In this document: in pieces, positions 1-8,979 of the stretch | Layout of the letters: every line of letters starts with the position of its first letter | Position numbering within the stretch: position 1 is the stretch's first letter | IMG/VR virus record: IMGVR_UViG_3300014208_000027 | Location: 64,001 to 128,000 of that record | From: a virus | Lineage: Duplodnaviria > Caudoviricetes | Direction: 5' to 3' (one strand) | DNA: 64,000 nt | Translations under genes and position numbers: made by a program | Notes under the pieces: generated by a model | Database searches by the model: none | What the model saw: only the letters and a program-made list of their open reading frames with translations | Told to the model about the DNA's origin: nothing

Positions 1-600
1 TATGATGAAATAGACCAGTATTGTAAGCAAATAAACTTTTTGTGGTTTGCTTCCGCGTGGGATACTGAAAGTCAAGTTTTTCTAAGAAAATATGATCTGT
101 TATATAACAAAATTGCCTCGGCTCTTTTGACACATAAAAAGTTGTTAAATATGGTTGCAGAAGAAAAGAAATATACTTTTATTTCAACAGGCATGAGCGA
201 TTTAACACAGATCCGTGAGGCAGTAGAAGTTTTCAGATCTAAGGATTGTGAATTTGAATTGTTGCATTGCAACTCAACGTATCCAATGAAAAATGAAGAT
301 GCAAATTTAAGAGTAATAAAAACTTTAAGAAACGAATTTGGGTGTGATGTTGGATATAGTGGTCATGAAACGGGAAGGGTTGTATCAGTAGCAGCAGTGG
401 CTCTTGGGGCAACATCTATTGAACGACATATTACTTTGGATAAAACTATGTACGGGTCAGATCAAGCTGCTTCAATAGAAATTTCTGAATTAAAAAGACT
501 TGTCGAAGACATTCGACAAGTTGAATTGGCTTTAGGTTCTTCAGAAAAGAGGGTCTTGGAAACAGAAATTCCAATTATGAAGAAACTGCGAAAGAATTGA
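1..600 (+). CDS. neuB: N-acetylneuraminate/nonulosonate synthase (NeuB/PseI/LegI family), 5'-truncated by the window edge
   Basis: Frame is open from base 1. Motifs ISTGMS, LLHCNSTYP, NL..I..L, GYSGHE, GAT.IERH.TLD, G.DQ.AS. No C-terminal AFP/SAF domain. The exact product sugar is not determinable. Confidence 0.9.
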   Translation, partial: YDEIDQYCKQINFLWFASAWDTESQVFLRKYDLLYNKIASALLTHKKLLNMVAEEKKYTFISTGMSDLTQIREAVEVFRSKDCEFELLHCNSTYPMKNEDANLRVIKTLRNEFGCDVGYSGHETGRVVSVAAVALGATSIERHITLDKTMYGSDQAASIEISELKRLVEDIRQVELALGSSEKRVLETEIPIMKKLRKN

Positions 601-1301
601 TGATTTCTGCTTTAATACCCGCTCGCGGCGGAAGCAAGGGGATTCCTAAAAAAAATATTTTGAATATATTCGGGTATCCATTGATTGCGTATTCCATTTC
701 TGTTTGTAAAAAATGTAAAGATATAGATAAAGTTTACGTTTCTACTGACGATGAAGAAATTTCTGCCATTTCGGAGTTTTATGGAGCGACTGTTCTTAGA
801 AGGCCAAGTGAGCTTGCAATGGATCTTTCAAATGATTATGGTGTTGTAAAACATTTTTTTGATTGTTTCCCGTGTGAAGAAGTTTCTTACATTAGACCAA
901 CAACTCCTGCAAGAAACGTTGAAACACTCTCCAGTTGTATATCTTTTTATAAGAATAACAAATATAAATTAACTGGAGTTAGATCGGTTCATGAGTTGTC
1001 TGAGTCTCCATATAAATTTATAAAAATTGAAGATAGTGGATATTGTGGGGGTTTTTTTGAAAGTTTTAATGGGATAAAACAATATACAAATTTGCCAAGA
1101 CAGATGTTTCCAAAGGCGTACCACCCTAATGGTTATATCGATATACTTAAGAAAGAAACTATAGAAAAAGGAAGTGATTTTGGTGATAAAATTCTTCCAT
1201 TTTTGACTAGGAGAGTTTGCGAATTAGATATAGAAGAAGATATTGAATTCGTAAAAAATGATTTGGAAAGAAACGTAACTTTTGATATTTTTGAATCATG
1301 A
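600..1301 (+). CDS. neuA: CMP-acylneuraminate cytidylyltransferase (NeuA/PseF family)
   Basis: ALIPARGGSKGIPKKN, VYVSTDDEEI, RPSELA.D, PTTP.R, NG.I. ATG overlaps the neuB stop. Confidence 0.92.
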   Translation: MISALIPARGGSKGIPKKNILNIFGYPLIAYSISVCKKCKDIDKVYVSTDDEEISAISEFYGATVLRRPSELAMDLSNDYGVVKHFFDCFPCEEVSYIRPTTPARNVETLSSCISFYKNNKYKLTGVRSVHELSESPYKFIKIEDSGYCGGFFESFNGIKQYTNLPRQMFPKAYHPNGYIDILKKETIEKGSDFGDKILPFLTRRVCELDIEEDIEFVKNDLERNVTFDIFES

Positions 1302-2548
1302 TAAAAACTAAAAATAGAATAATTCAACCGGGGTTTGATGTTGAATCTTGTAGAATTCTTTCAGAAGAAAGAAAGAACATTGAAGATTATTCCGCTTGTT
1401 CTGAAATTCCGGTTTTATGGGATAAAGCGAAAAACTACTCTGTATATGACAACCTAGGAAACAAATGGATAGATTTAACTTCTGGAATTTTTGTCGCGAA
1501 TGCCGGACATTCAAATCCAAAAATCAAAAAAGCAATTAGAGAATGTCTTAAGAAAGATTTGTTATATTCTTTTTGTTATAATAATGAAATACGAGTGAAG
1601 TTTATAAAGAAACTTTTATCAATATCTCCTTCTTGTTTTAATAAAGCAATTATTTCTAATTCTGGGTCTGAAGCAACAGATACGGCTTACAAGTTGATAA
1701 AGGTATGGGGTAGACAATTTTCTCCACACAAAAATAGAATAATTTCATTTAAAGGCGCTTATCACGGAAGGTGTTTGAGTAGTTGTTTTCTTAGTAGATC
1801 AAAAGAGTATTCTGAATGGGCAGGCTTTGAGAACGATGTTACTTTCTTAGATTTTCCAGAAAGAGATGAAGATTTCCCGAGAGAATCTATAGGTGAAAAT
1901 GTAGCTGCGTTTGTAATTGAAACATATCAAGGCTGGAGTGCGTCGTTTTTACCAATTCAATATATGAAACAATTATATGAGTATGCTAAAGAGAAAGACG
2001 TTCTTATTGTTTTTGATGAGATTCAATCTGGGTTCTATCGAACTGGGAAGTTATATGGTTATATGAATTACGGCGAATATTTGGAGCCAGATATCATTAC
2101 TCTTGGCAAAGGTATTTCCTCATCGCTCCCAATGTCCGCTGTTTTGAGCAGAAAAGAAATTGTAGATATGGACAAAGGCATGGATTACTCTGGAACACAT
2201 CCAGGCGATCCTATTTGTTGTTATGCTGCTTTAGCAAATTTGGAGTTTCTTCATGAAAGTGTTTTCCAAAGAAAACTTAAAAACAAAATTAAAGTATTTT
2301 CTAAAATTAAAGAAATAGAAAAATATAATTGTGTGCAAAAAGTAAATGTCTTTGGTATGGTTGCCGGAATAATTTTTAGTTCAAAAGAGATTGCGGATAG
2401 AGTTGTGTATGGATGTATAAATAATGGAGTTTTCCCCGTGTATACTTATAAAAATTCTATAAAACTTGGACCACCTCTTACGATAAGTAATTCTGCAATA
2501 AAAGAAGCTTTTGGTGTTTTGGAAACGGAAATTAAAAAACATGAGTAG
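1298..2548 (+). CDS. Class III PLP-dependent aminotransferase
   Basis: D..GNKWIDLTSG, NSGSEA, F.GAYHG, FDEIQSGFYRTG, LGKGISS (PLP lysine). Confidence 0.9.
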   Translation: MIKTKNRIIQPGFDVESCRILSEERKNIEDYSACSEIPVLWDKAKNYSVYDNLGNKWIDLTSGIFVANAGHSNPKIKKAIRECLKKDLLYSFCYNNEIRVKFIKKLLSISPSCFNKAIISNSGSEATDTAYKLIKVWGRQFSPHKNRIISFKGAYHGRCLSSCFLSRSKEYSEWAGFENDVTFLDFPERDEDFPRESIGENVAAFVIETYQGWSASFLPIQYMKQLYEYAKEKDVLIVFDEIQSGFYRTGKLYGYMNYGEYLEPDIITLGKGISSSLPMSAVLSRKEIVDMDKGMDYSGTHPGDPICCYAALANLEFLHESVFQRKLKNKIKVFSKIKEIEKYNCVQKVNVFGMVAGIIFSSKEIADRVVYGCINNGVFPVYTYKNSIKLGPPLTISNSAIKEAFGVLETEIKKHE

Positions 2549-3197
2549 CATTTTAAAGTCTTCAAAATATCTTGAGGTTACCTATGAGAAAAGAGGCGTA
2601 GGATATCCTCGGGCTCTTTCAGGTTGGATTAAAAAGAATATTTTCAAGAAAACGGGTCGGTTACTTGATGTTGGTTATGGTCATGGGGATTATTTGCGTG
2701 CTTTTTCAGACTTACAATATAATGTTTGTGGAGCAGATCTTTCTCCGACTCTTATTCGTCCGTTTGATTGTAGAATAGTTGATATCGAAGAAAGACAATA
2801 CCCAAAAGAAGAATTTGATTTTGTATTTTCTAAATCCGTTATAGAACACGTAAAAAATGTTGACAATGCTACAAAGTTTCTGTATGATAGTCTTAAAGTA
2901 GGAGGAAAACTCGTTGTTATGACTCCATCTTGGGAATATACAAGTTTTGGCCCGTTCTATAATGATCACACTCACGTAACTCCATTTACAAAAACTTCTC
3001 TAGAAAATATATTGAAGATGCATAATTTCAAGAATATTCAAGTCGATTATTTCTATCAACTTCCGTTTGTTTGGAAATATCCATTCTTGAAATATTTTTG
3101 CAAACTTATCAATTTTTTAAAAATTCCATACAAAGATTCTAAATTGATTAGATTTTCTAGAGAAGTTATGTTGCTTGCAATTGCGGACAAATTATAA
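2541..3197 (+). CDS. Class I SAM-dependent methyltransferase
   Basis: LLDVGYGHG motif I, GADLS, FD.V.S..VIEHV, LK.GG.L. Start placed at the ATG overlapping the upstream stop. Confidence 0.85.
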   Translation: MSSILKSSKYLEVTYEKRGVGYPRALSGWIKKNIFKKTGRLLDVGYGHGDYLRAFSDLQYNVCGADLSPTLIRPFDCRIVDIEERQYPKEEFDFVFSKSVIEHVKNVDNATKFLYDSLKVGGKLVVMTPSWEYTSFGPFYNDHTHVTPFTKTSLENILKMHNFKNIQVDYFYQLPFVWKYPFLKYFCKLINFLKIPYKDSKLIRFSREVMLLAIADKL

Positions 3198-3198
3198 A

Positions 3199-3603
3199 AT
3201 GAAGATTAGACATGTCGGACTTGTTGTTAAGAACTTGGGAGAGTCTATCCTGTTTTATGAGTCAATCGGTTTTAGGGTTTTTAGTAACGAAATTGAACAA
3301 GGAAATCATATTTCCAATTTTTTCAGCGAAGAAGGGTTACAAGTTCATATAGCAAAACTTAAAAATGACTTTGGAGAGTGTTTGGAACTTTTGTGGTTTG
3401 GTAACGGCACAAAAAAGAAAAAAAATAGCTTGAAAAGTCTTGGACTCACGCATATTGCGCTAACCGTAAGAGACAGTGGAGACCTGTATAGCAGTTTTAA
3501 AAAATGTTGCGAAGTGCAAACAACGCCCACTGGTCACAAAGTTCTTTTCGTGCAAGATCCCAATGGCGTTTTTCTAGAGCTTGTTCAGGATCCAAGATGC
3601 TAA
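3199..3603 (+). CDS. VOC/glyoxalase-family protein
   Basis: HVGLVV.NL.ES..FY, LELL, THIAL.V, F.QDPNG.FLELV. Confidence 0.85.
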   Translation: MKIRHVGLVVKNLGESILFYESIGFRVFSNEIEQGNHISNFFSEEGLQVHIAKLKNDFGECLELLWFGNGTKKKKNSLKSLGLTHIALTVRDSGDLYSSFKKCCEVQTTPTGHKVLFVQDPNGVFLELVQDPRC

Positions 3604-4388
3604 ACGGCCTAGCAAACATCAACATAGAACTGACTGACATTTGTAACAAAAAATGTTGGATGTGTGGTCGGCGCAAGAGAGAAAAGCAATATCCAGATAT
3701 CATCAAGTCATACGGTTATATGGATTTTTCTTTAGTTGAACAAATTTCTAAACAAGTTCCCGCAAATATTATGGTTCAATTCCATAATAATGGTGAGGCA
3801 TTTTTGTACCCTCGTTTTGGGGAAGCAATTAGTTTGTTTGGGAAGCAAATTAAAAATGTTGTTACCAATGGGAAACTTCTTCTTGAAAAATATGATGAGA
3901 TAGTTAATAACCTTGATACGATAGCAATTTCTGTTTTTGAGAGTGACCCAGAAGCAGAAGAACAATATAAAATTGTTAACGAATTTGTGTCAAGAAAGGG
4001 TTTGAATAAGCCACTTATGATTATTAGAGCAAATGGAAATGTTGATATCCGCAGATATGAGCAGATGGGTTTGAAGGTTGCAAGGAGAATCTTACATGCT
4101 CCAGAAGGCTCGTTTAACTATGTTGGAAAGAATCCAACCATTCCAGAACACGGTATATGTTTAGATTTTCTTACGCACCTTGCAATTAGTAAAAATGGCG
4201 ATGTTTCAATTTGTGTTAGATATGATCCGAATAGAAAAGGTGTTCTTGGAAATATCAAAAATAATTCATTAGAAGAATTGTGGAATTCTGAATTGAGAAT
4301 GGAATGGATGGGATGTCATAAACAAGGTTGCAGAGATAAAATTCCTTTATGCTCCGGTTGTGAATTTTATGGAGTACCGACACAATAG
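3597..4388 (+). CDS. Radical SAM protein with SPASM/twitch domain
   Basis: IELTDICNKKCWMC (CxxxCxxC). C-terminal C...I..NGDV..C..D...LGNI...LEELWNS...C..C. The ORF-track start at 3504 is an upstream extension. Confidence 0.88.
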   Translation: MLNGLANINIELTDICNKKCWMCGRRKREKQYPDIIKSYGYMDFSLVEQISKQVPANIMVQFHNNGEAFLYPRFGEAISLFGKQIKNVVTNGKLLLEKYDEIVNNLDTIAISVFESDPEAEEQYKIVNEFVSRKGLNKPLMIIRANGNVDIRRYEQMGLKVARRILHAPEGSFNYVGKNPTIPEHGICLDFLTHLAISKNGDVSICVRYDPNRKGVLGNIKNNSLEELWNSELRMEWMGCHKQGCRDKIPLCSGCEFYGVPTQ

Positions 4389-4408
4389 TAATGTAATTTA
4401 TAGGAAAT

Positions 4409-5314
4409 ATGATGATTAAAAATTTTGATATAACAATAGAACTTATCGTAGATGCTATGCGAAATCAAGCTTTAGAAGCACACACCTCTAAGGCAGAGGT
4501 TGACATATCAGGGGGAGTAGATAGTGCTGTTGTTGCGGCATTATCTTGTAGAGCGTTTGGCAGGGAGAATGTAATTGGAGTTTACAGCTCTATTAATTCT
4601 TCTGACTCTTCACGTCGTCTTGCAAAAATGGTCGCTGACAAGTTTAAATTCCATTTTATTGAGCTAGATCTTTCCGAAGCTTACCGACAAATCACAATGC
4701 AAGTTATGGTTTCTTTTTGGAAAGCTGGTTTGGTTTGTCCGAATCAAGGAGACGTTGATTCTAAAAAAACATATGGTGGACTTAGAAGTTGTTTGCGTGC
4801 TCCTGTTGGAAGATTTATAAATAGGATGTTCGGCGGCGGAATACGAGAAGGTACTGGTAATCGCGATGAAGATGAACTGATTCGTTTTTATCAGAAAGGT
4901 GGAGATGGAGAAGTTGACAGTAATTGGATCGAAGGTTTGTTTAAGGGTGAGGTTTGGGAACTTGCGAAACATTTAGGAGTCCCTGATGAAGTTATCAACG
5001 CAACGCCAACACCTGATTTATGGGGTGGAGAGGTTCACAGTGATGAGAAAGAACTTGAAGACATCACTGGGGTGAAATTGACTTACACACGTCCTGGTGG
5101 ACCAATGGGAACGATTGAATGGGCAAGTCGAGAGAATTCGGAGAATGACTGTATCATAAATCAAGATCTCGACTTGAATGTTTTTGGTTATGATGAGAAG
5201 CAGCTTAAAATCATTAATGCAATGCGGAAATTAGAAAAATCAAGTCGACACAAGGGTTGTATGCCTCCGTATATTTGTAGAGAGGTTCTTATTGAAAAAG
5301 GAGCTGTGGAATGA
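4409..5314 (+). CDS. nadE: NH3-dependent NAD+ synthetase-like protein
   Basis: ISGGVDSAV PP-loop, GTGN..E, KGGDG, L.K.EV..LAK.LGVP..I...PT.DLW. No glutaminase domain. Confidence 0.85.
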   Translation: MMIKNFDITIELIVDAMRNQALEAHTSKAEVDISGGVDSAVVAALSCRAFGRENVIGVYSSINSSDSSRRLAKMVADKFKFHFIELDLSEAYRQITMQVMVSFWKAGLVCPNQGDVDSKKTYGGLRSCLRAPVGRFINRMFGGGIREGTGNRDEDELIRFYQKGGDGEVDSNWIEGLFKGEVWELAKHLGVPDEVINATPTPDLWGGEVHSDEKELEDITGVKLTYTRPGGPMGTIEWASRENSENDCIINQDLDLNVFGYDEKQLKIINAMRKLEKSSRHKGCMPPYICREVLIEKGAVE

Positions 5315-6513
5315 AGGTTTTGTTCGCTAATTTTTTTAATGATGAAGCTTACGGAATGAGAATTTTGCATTCTATTGTTTCAGAAAGGTATGATTGTAAA
5401 ATTCTTTTCATTAAAGAAAATAATGAACAATTAATAACGAAAGTTATTTCTAATTACTCTCCTGATGTGTTGTGTGTCAGTCTTACTTCCCCTAATTTTT
5501 GTTTGTACAAAAAACTTTATGAGGGTATTAGAAAATCTATGAATGGTGGTTTGATTGTTCTGGGTGGTTGGCATCCCACATTAAACCCAAATTCCTGTGC
5601 TCCATATTGTGATGTTGTTGTTCAAGGTGAGGCAGAAAAAAATATACTGAAGATTCTTGATGATATAGAAAGAAAATCTTTTTTAAATTTATATACGTTT
5701 TCGTCGCTTTCTAAAGATATTAATCACCCTCTTTTTGTATTTAATGGGAATAATTGCATAACAATTGAAAAAGGACAAATTCTTTTCGGTGAACCTTATT
5801 CTAGAAACGAACGCTATGGAACAATGATGGGTAGAGGTTGCCCTTATAGTTGTACTTATTGTTCTAATTCATTTATGAAAGAAAAATATAATAACTGGAC
5901 GAAAATTAGATATAGAAACTTTGAAAAGGTTTTGGAAGAACTTTTAGTGGTTCGTAAATTGTTTCCAAATATTAAAAAAATAAACTTCTATGATGAGGTA
6001 TTCTTTCAGACAGAACAGTATGATTCTTTTTTAAGGCAATATAAGCAGGAGATTGGTCTACCATTTTTTTGTATGTTTTACCCTGGAACTGTTTCTGAGC
6101 CTATGGTAGAAAAATTAAAAGAAGCAGGAATGGTCGGAGTATGGTTGGGTGTTCAATCTGGATCTGAGAGAGTTAGGAGACACGTCTTTGAAAGACGATA
6201 TTCAAACGAGAAACTAATGAAACAGATTCTCATGTTTAAAAAACATGACGTTGATGTAAGATATGATTTTATTTTCAGTAATCCGTTTGAAACCAAGGAA
6301 GAATATCAAGAGACAATACAGTTAATAAAAACATTTCCAAAGCCATTTTCCATTAATATGTTTGAACTTAAGTGGTTTCCAAATACAAAAATAACAAAAA
6401 TGGCTTTGGAAAGTGGTTATTCAATAACTACAGAAGATGAAATATTTTATGAAAACCCTTCATACTTGATAGATGAAGAAAAACAAAAAGAAATCTTACA
6501 GGAAATCGGTTAG
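5311..6513 (+). CDS. Cobalamin-binding radical SAM protein (class B methyltransferase-like)
   Basis: B12 domain (PDV..VS, VLGGWHPT, DVVV.GEAE) followed by GRGCPYSCTYC, F.DE.F, GVQSGSE. Confidence 0.9.
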   Translation: MKVLFANFFNDEAYGMRILHSIVSERYDCKILFIKENNEQLITKVISNYSPDVLCVSLTSPNFCLYKKLYEGIRKSMNGGLIVLGGWHPTLNPNSCAPYCDVVVQGEAEKNILKILDDIERKSFLNLYTFSSLSKDINHPLFVFNGNNCITIEKGQILFGEPYSRNERYGTMMGRGCPYSCTYCSNSFMKEKYNNWTKIRYRNFEKVLEELLVVRKLFPNIKKINFYDEVFFQTEQYDSFLRQYKQEIGLPFFCMFYPGTVSEPMVEKLKEAGMVGVWLGVQSGSERVRRHVFERRYSNEKLMKQILMFKKHDVDVRYDFIFSNPFETKEEYQETIQLIKTFPKPFSINMFELKWFPNTKITKMALESGYSITTEDEIFYENPSYLIDEEKQKEILQEIG

Positions 6514-6547
6514 TGTATAAAGCTATTTTTTTTAAGCTTATAGAAAA

Positions 6548-6967
6548 ATGATGGTACTTGAAGAAGACACTAGACGATGTACTCGATGTAGAAAAGTAAA
6601 AAGTATTATTGAATTTGATGAGAAGTCTACTGATGAACATTATAAATCTTGTTCAAAATGTCTTGATTATGAAAGAGAATATAAACATCGTAGAAACAAA
6701 GAAGTAACAAAGAAAAATAAGCGTACTAGAGATTTGAAAAGATTATATAATCTTTCTTTAGAAGAATATGAAAAAATGGTTGCATTACAAGGTGGAAAAT
6801 GTTATATTTGTCAAAGAGATAAAAAATTAGTAGTTGACCATAACCATTTAACCAATAAAGTAAGGTCGCTACTATGTGATAAGTGCAATAGAGGGTTAGG
6901 TTTTTTTGATGAAGATATTGGTTTTTTAATTGGCGCTATAGAGTATTTACAACTTCACAAGGGATAA
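6548..6967 (+). CDS. Endonuclease VII-type HNH nuclease (putative free-standing homing endonuclease)
   Basis: N-terminal CxxC zinc fingers, then QGGKCYIC...L.VDHNH...VR.LLC..CN.GLG. Confidence 0.85.
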   Translation: MMVLEEDTRRCTRCRKVKSIIEFDEKSTDEHYKSCSKCLDYEREYKHRRNKEVTKKNKRTRDLKRLYNLSLEEYEKMVALQGGKCYICQRDKKLVVDHNHLTNKVRSLLCDKCNRGLGFFDEDIGFLIGAIEYLQLHKG

Positions 6968-6971
6968 AAAA

Positions 6972-7151
6972 ATGAAAGTGTCTAGACAGTTTGCAAAAAG
7001 TTTAATGCTAGCAGTACAAAAAAGTATTATGGAACAAGTTGATATTCTTGAAACCTTGGAAGGATTTGAAGTCGTCGATACTGAAGATGGCCTAGTGGTA
7101 ACAAATCCGCCCATTTTGAAAGTTGATACTGTTACACCTGAAGAAGAATAA
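6972..7151 (+). CDS. Hypothetical protein, 59 aa (MKVSRQFAKSLMLAVQKSIMEQVDIL...)
   Basis: Hand-translated ORF below the track cutoff. Fills the gap exactly between two plus-strand genes. Confidence 0.7.
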   Translation: MKVSRQFAKSLMLAVQKSIMEQVDILETLEGFEVVDTEDGLVVTNPPILKVDTVTPEEE

Positions 7152-7153
7152 TC

Positions 7154-7411
7154 TTGCCTATCTACACCTACCATTGTTCATCTTGTTTAATAAATTTTTG
7201 TGTTTCTCATATGTTGTGTGAAAAAATCGAATATTGTGAATGTGGTGGTAAGGTAGAACGAGTTCCAAGTAATTTCTCAAGTTCTGGAGTTATACAAAGG
7301 CAGCAAAATAAAAAAGTTGGCGATGATACTAAGAAATTTATTGAAGAATCTCGGAAAGCATTACAATCCCAACGAGAAGAGTTAGAAACACAAAGAACCA
7401 CGGGTAGATAA
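7154..7411 (+). CDS. FmdB-family zinc-ribbon protein, C-terminus altered by IS insertion
   Basis: MPIYTYHCSSC...F...C..CGG.VERV. The last codons (GR*) derive from the element's left end. Confidence 0.8.
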   Translation: MPIYTYHCSSCLINFCVSHMLCEKIEYCECGGKVERVPSNFSSSGVIQRQQNKKVGDDTKKFIEESRKALQSQREELETQRTTGR

Positions 7412-7414
7412 CAG

Positions 7415-7444
7415 TTGACTAAACCATTTACATTGATATATAAT
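7415..7444 (+). promoter_or_regulatory. sigma70-type promoter inside the element left end, driving tnpB
   Basis: TTGACT-N18-TATAAT. Confidence 0.65.
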
Positions 7445-7457
7445 CACTTATAAATAA

Positions 7458-8633
7458 ATGCTAAGAGCCTATAAGACAGAATTAAACCCAAATAATAAAC
7501 AAAGGACGCTTCTGTTAAAGCACGCTGGCGCAGCCAGGTGGGCTTATAATTGGGGTTTAGCTAAAAAGATTGAAGAATATCAATCAACCGGAAATTCTCC
7601 TTCTGCAATTGATTTACACAAGCAGTTGAATTTACTGAAGAAAACTGAGATATCTTGGATGTATGAAGTCTCCAAAATGGCTCCGCAGGAGGCTTTGAGA
7701 AACCTTGATATAGCTTTTAAGAACTTCTTTAGAAATTGTAAGAAAGGTTCTAAACAAAAAGGTTTCCCAAGATTTAAATCTAAGAAAAATGGAGTTGGTT
7801 CGTTTACCTTTTCCATGCAAGTCCGAGTAATTAATGGAAAAATCCAGTTACCAAGATTAGGAAAGATTCGACTAAAAGAAACTGACTATTTTCCAACTAA
7901 TACTAAGATTAGGTCCGCAACCGTTTCGGAAAAAGCTGGCAGATGGTTTGTATCAATTTTAGTTGACGAAGAATTTACCAAAGAGCAAGGTGGTGAAATT
8001 ATTGGAGTTGATGTTGGAATCAAGACTTTGGCAACTTTGTCCAATGGAATTATTTTTGAAAATTCAAGGTCTCTAAAAAAACACGAAAGGAAACTGCGAA
8101 GACGAAGTAAATCAGTTTCTCGCAAAAAGAAAGGATCAAACAATAGAAAGAAAGAAGTCAAGAAGTTAGCGAAGCTACACTACAAAATCTCTTGTACCCG
8201 AAAAGATTCAATTCATAAAGCTACGACTGCGATAACCAAGCAGGCAAAAGTTTTGTGTATCGAAAACTTGAATGTTTCCGGCATGATGAAAAATCACAAG
8301 CTAGCGAAATCATTGTCGGATGCTTCAATGGGAGAATTTTTAAGACAACTGGAATATAAGGCAAGCTGGGCAAATATTCCAGTAATTAAAGCTGATCGAT
8401 TTTTCGCTAGTAGTAAGTTGTGTTCGAATTGTGGTTGTCTCAAAGAAACATTAAGTTTAGGTGAACGAATTTATTGTTGTGAACATTGCAATCTTTCTAT
8501 TGACCGAGACTTAAATGCAGCAATTAATCTAAAAACCTTGGCCGGTAGTTTACCGGACAATAAAAACGACTCTGGAGGCACTCGGTTGGTGTCGGTGAAA
8601 GAGGAAAAAAGCACAATTAGTAACAATTGGTAA
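7458..8633 (+). CDS. tnpB: TnpB RNA-guided endonuclease
   Basis: N-terminal HTH (AYKTELNPN..Q...L...AG.ARWAYNWGL), RuvC triad intact (IGVDVG, CIENL, DRD.NAA.NL), zinc finger C..CG...C..C. Confidence 0.95.
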   Translation: MLRAYKTELNPNNKQRTLLLKHAGAARWAYNWGLAKKIEEYQSTGNSPSAIDLHKQLNLLKKTEISWMYEVSKMAPQEALRNLDIAFKNFFRNCKKGSKQKGFPRFKSKKNGVGSFTFSMQVRVINGKIQLPRLGKIRLKETDYFPTNTKIRSATVSEKAGRWFVSILVDEEFTKEQGGEIIGVDVGIKTLATLSNGIIFENSRSLKKHERKLRRRSKSVSRKKKGSNNRKKEVKKLAKLHYKISCTRKDSIHKATTAITKQAKVLCIENLNVSGMMKNHKLAKSLSDASMGEFLRQLEYKASWANIPVIKADRFFASSKLCSNCGCLKETLSLGERIYCCEHCNLSIDRDLNAAINLKTLAGSLPDNKNDSGGTRLVSVKEEKSTISNNW

Positions 8634-8665
8634 GTCTTTTATAACGGAATACCAGTAAAGGTTAA
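8500..8665 (+). ncRNA. Putative TnpB omegaRNA scaffold plus guide (boundaries approximate)
   Basis: Overlaps the tnpB 3' end and right end. Hairpins CCGGTA-GTT-TACCGG (8542-8556) and GGCAC-N7-GTGTC (8577-8593). Guide expected from the flank starting at 8648, by family precedent. Confidence 0.55.
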
Positions 8666-8667
8666 CA

Positions 8668-8979
8668 ATGATATTTTTAAGCATATTTCTTGTTCTTTCC
8701 ATATCAATAAATATATTGCTGGTTTGGTATTGTAGAAAGGTTACTGAGCGTCTATATTATGTATCTGAAAATATGGGAGAATTTCATGAAAGAATTGCAG
8801 AGTTTGAAGAACATGTAAACGTAATTTCGACAATGGAAACATTTATTGGAGAACCTATTATAGAAAACTTACAGAAACATGCCAGAGCTATGGTAGAAGA
8901 AATTAAATCTTATAAAGAAGTTTATTCTTTAACACATGAAGTTCAAGGCGATCAAGTTGTCGAGGAATCTGAAGTTTAA
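8668..8979 (+). CDS. Small membrane-anchored coiled-coil protein
   Basis: N-terminal hydrophobic helix, SD-like AAGG upstream. Confidence 0.7.
   Translation: MIFLSIFLVLSISINILLVWYCRKVTERLYYVSENMGEFHERIAEFEEHVNVISTMETFIGEPIIENLQKHARAMVEEIKSYKEVYSLTHEVQGDQVVEESEV

Larger units (their letters stand above)
7404..8647 (+). mobile_element. Non-autonomous IS607-like element (tnpB only)
   Basis: Both junctions carry ACGG (7400-7403 and 8644-8647). Excision restores an in-frame C-terminus (TTEYQ*) for the upstream gene. No TnpA, no target-site duplication. Confidence 0.75.

Noticed and set aside
6516-6542. Inverted repeat TATAAGCT/AGCTTATA before the EndoVII gene as a translational lock or terminator
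   Set aside because: The stem is AT-rich and weak, contains no SD, and has no exact late motif or downstream U-tract.
7404-8647. IStron (group I intron fused to the IS607 element)
   Set aside because: Only about 54 nt precede tnpB, leaving no room for a ribozyme core.
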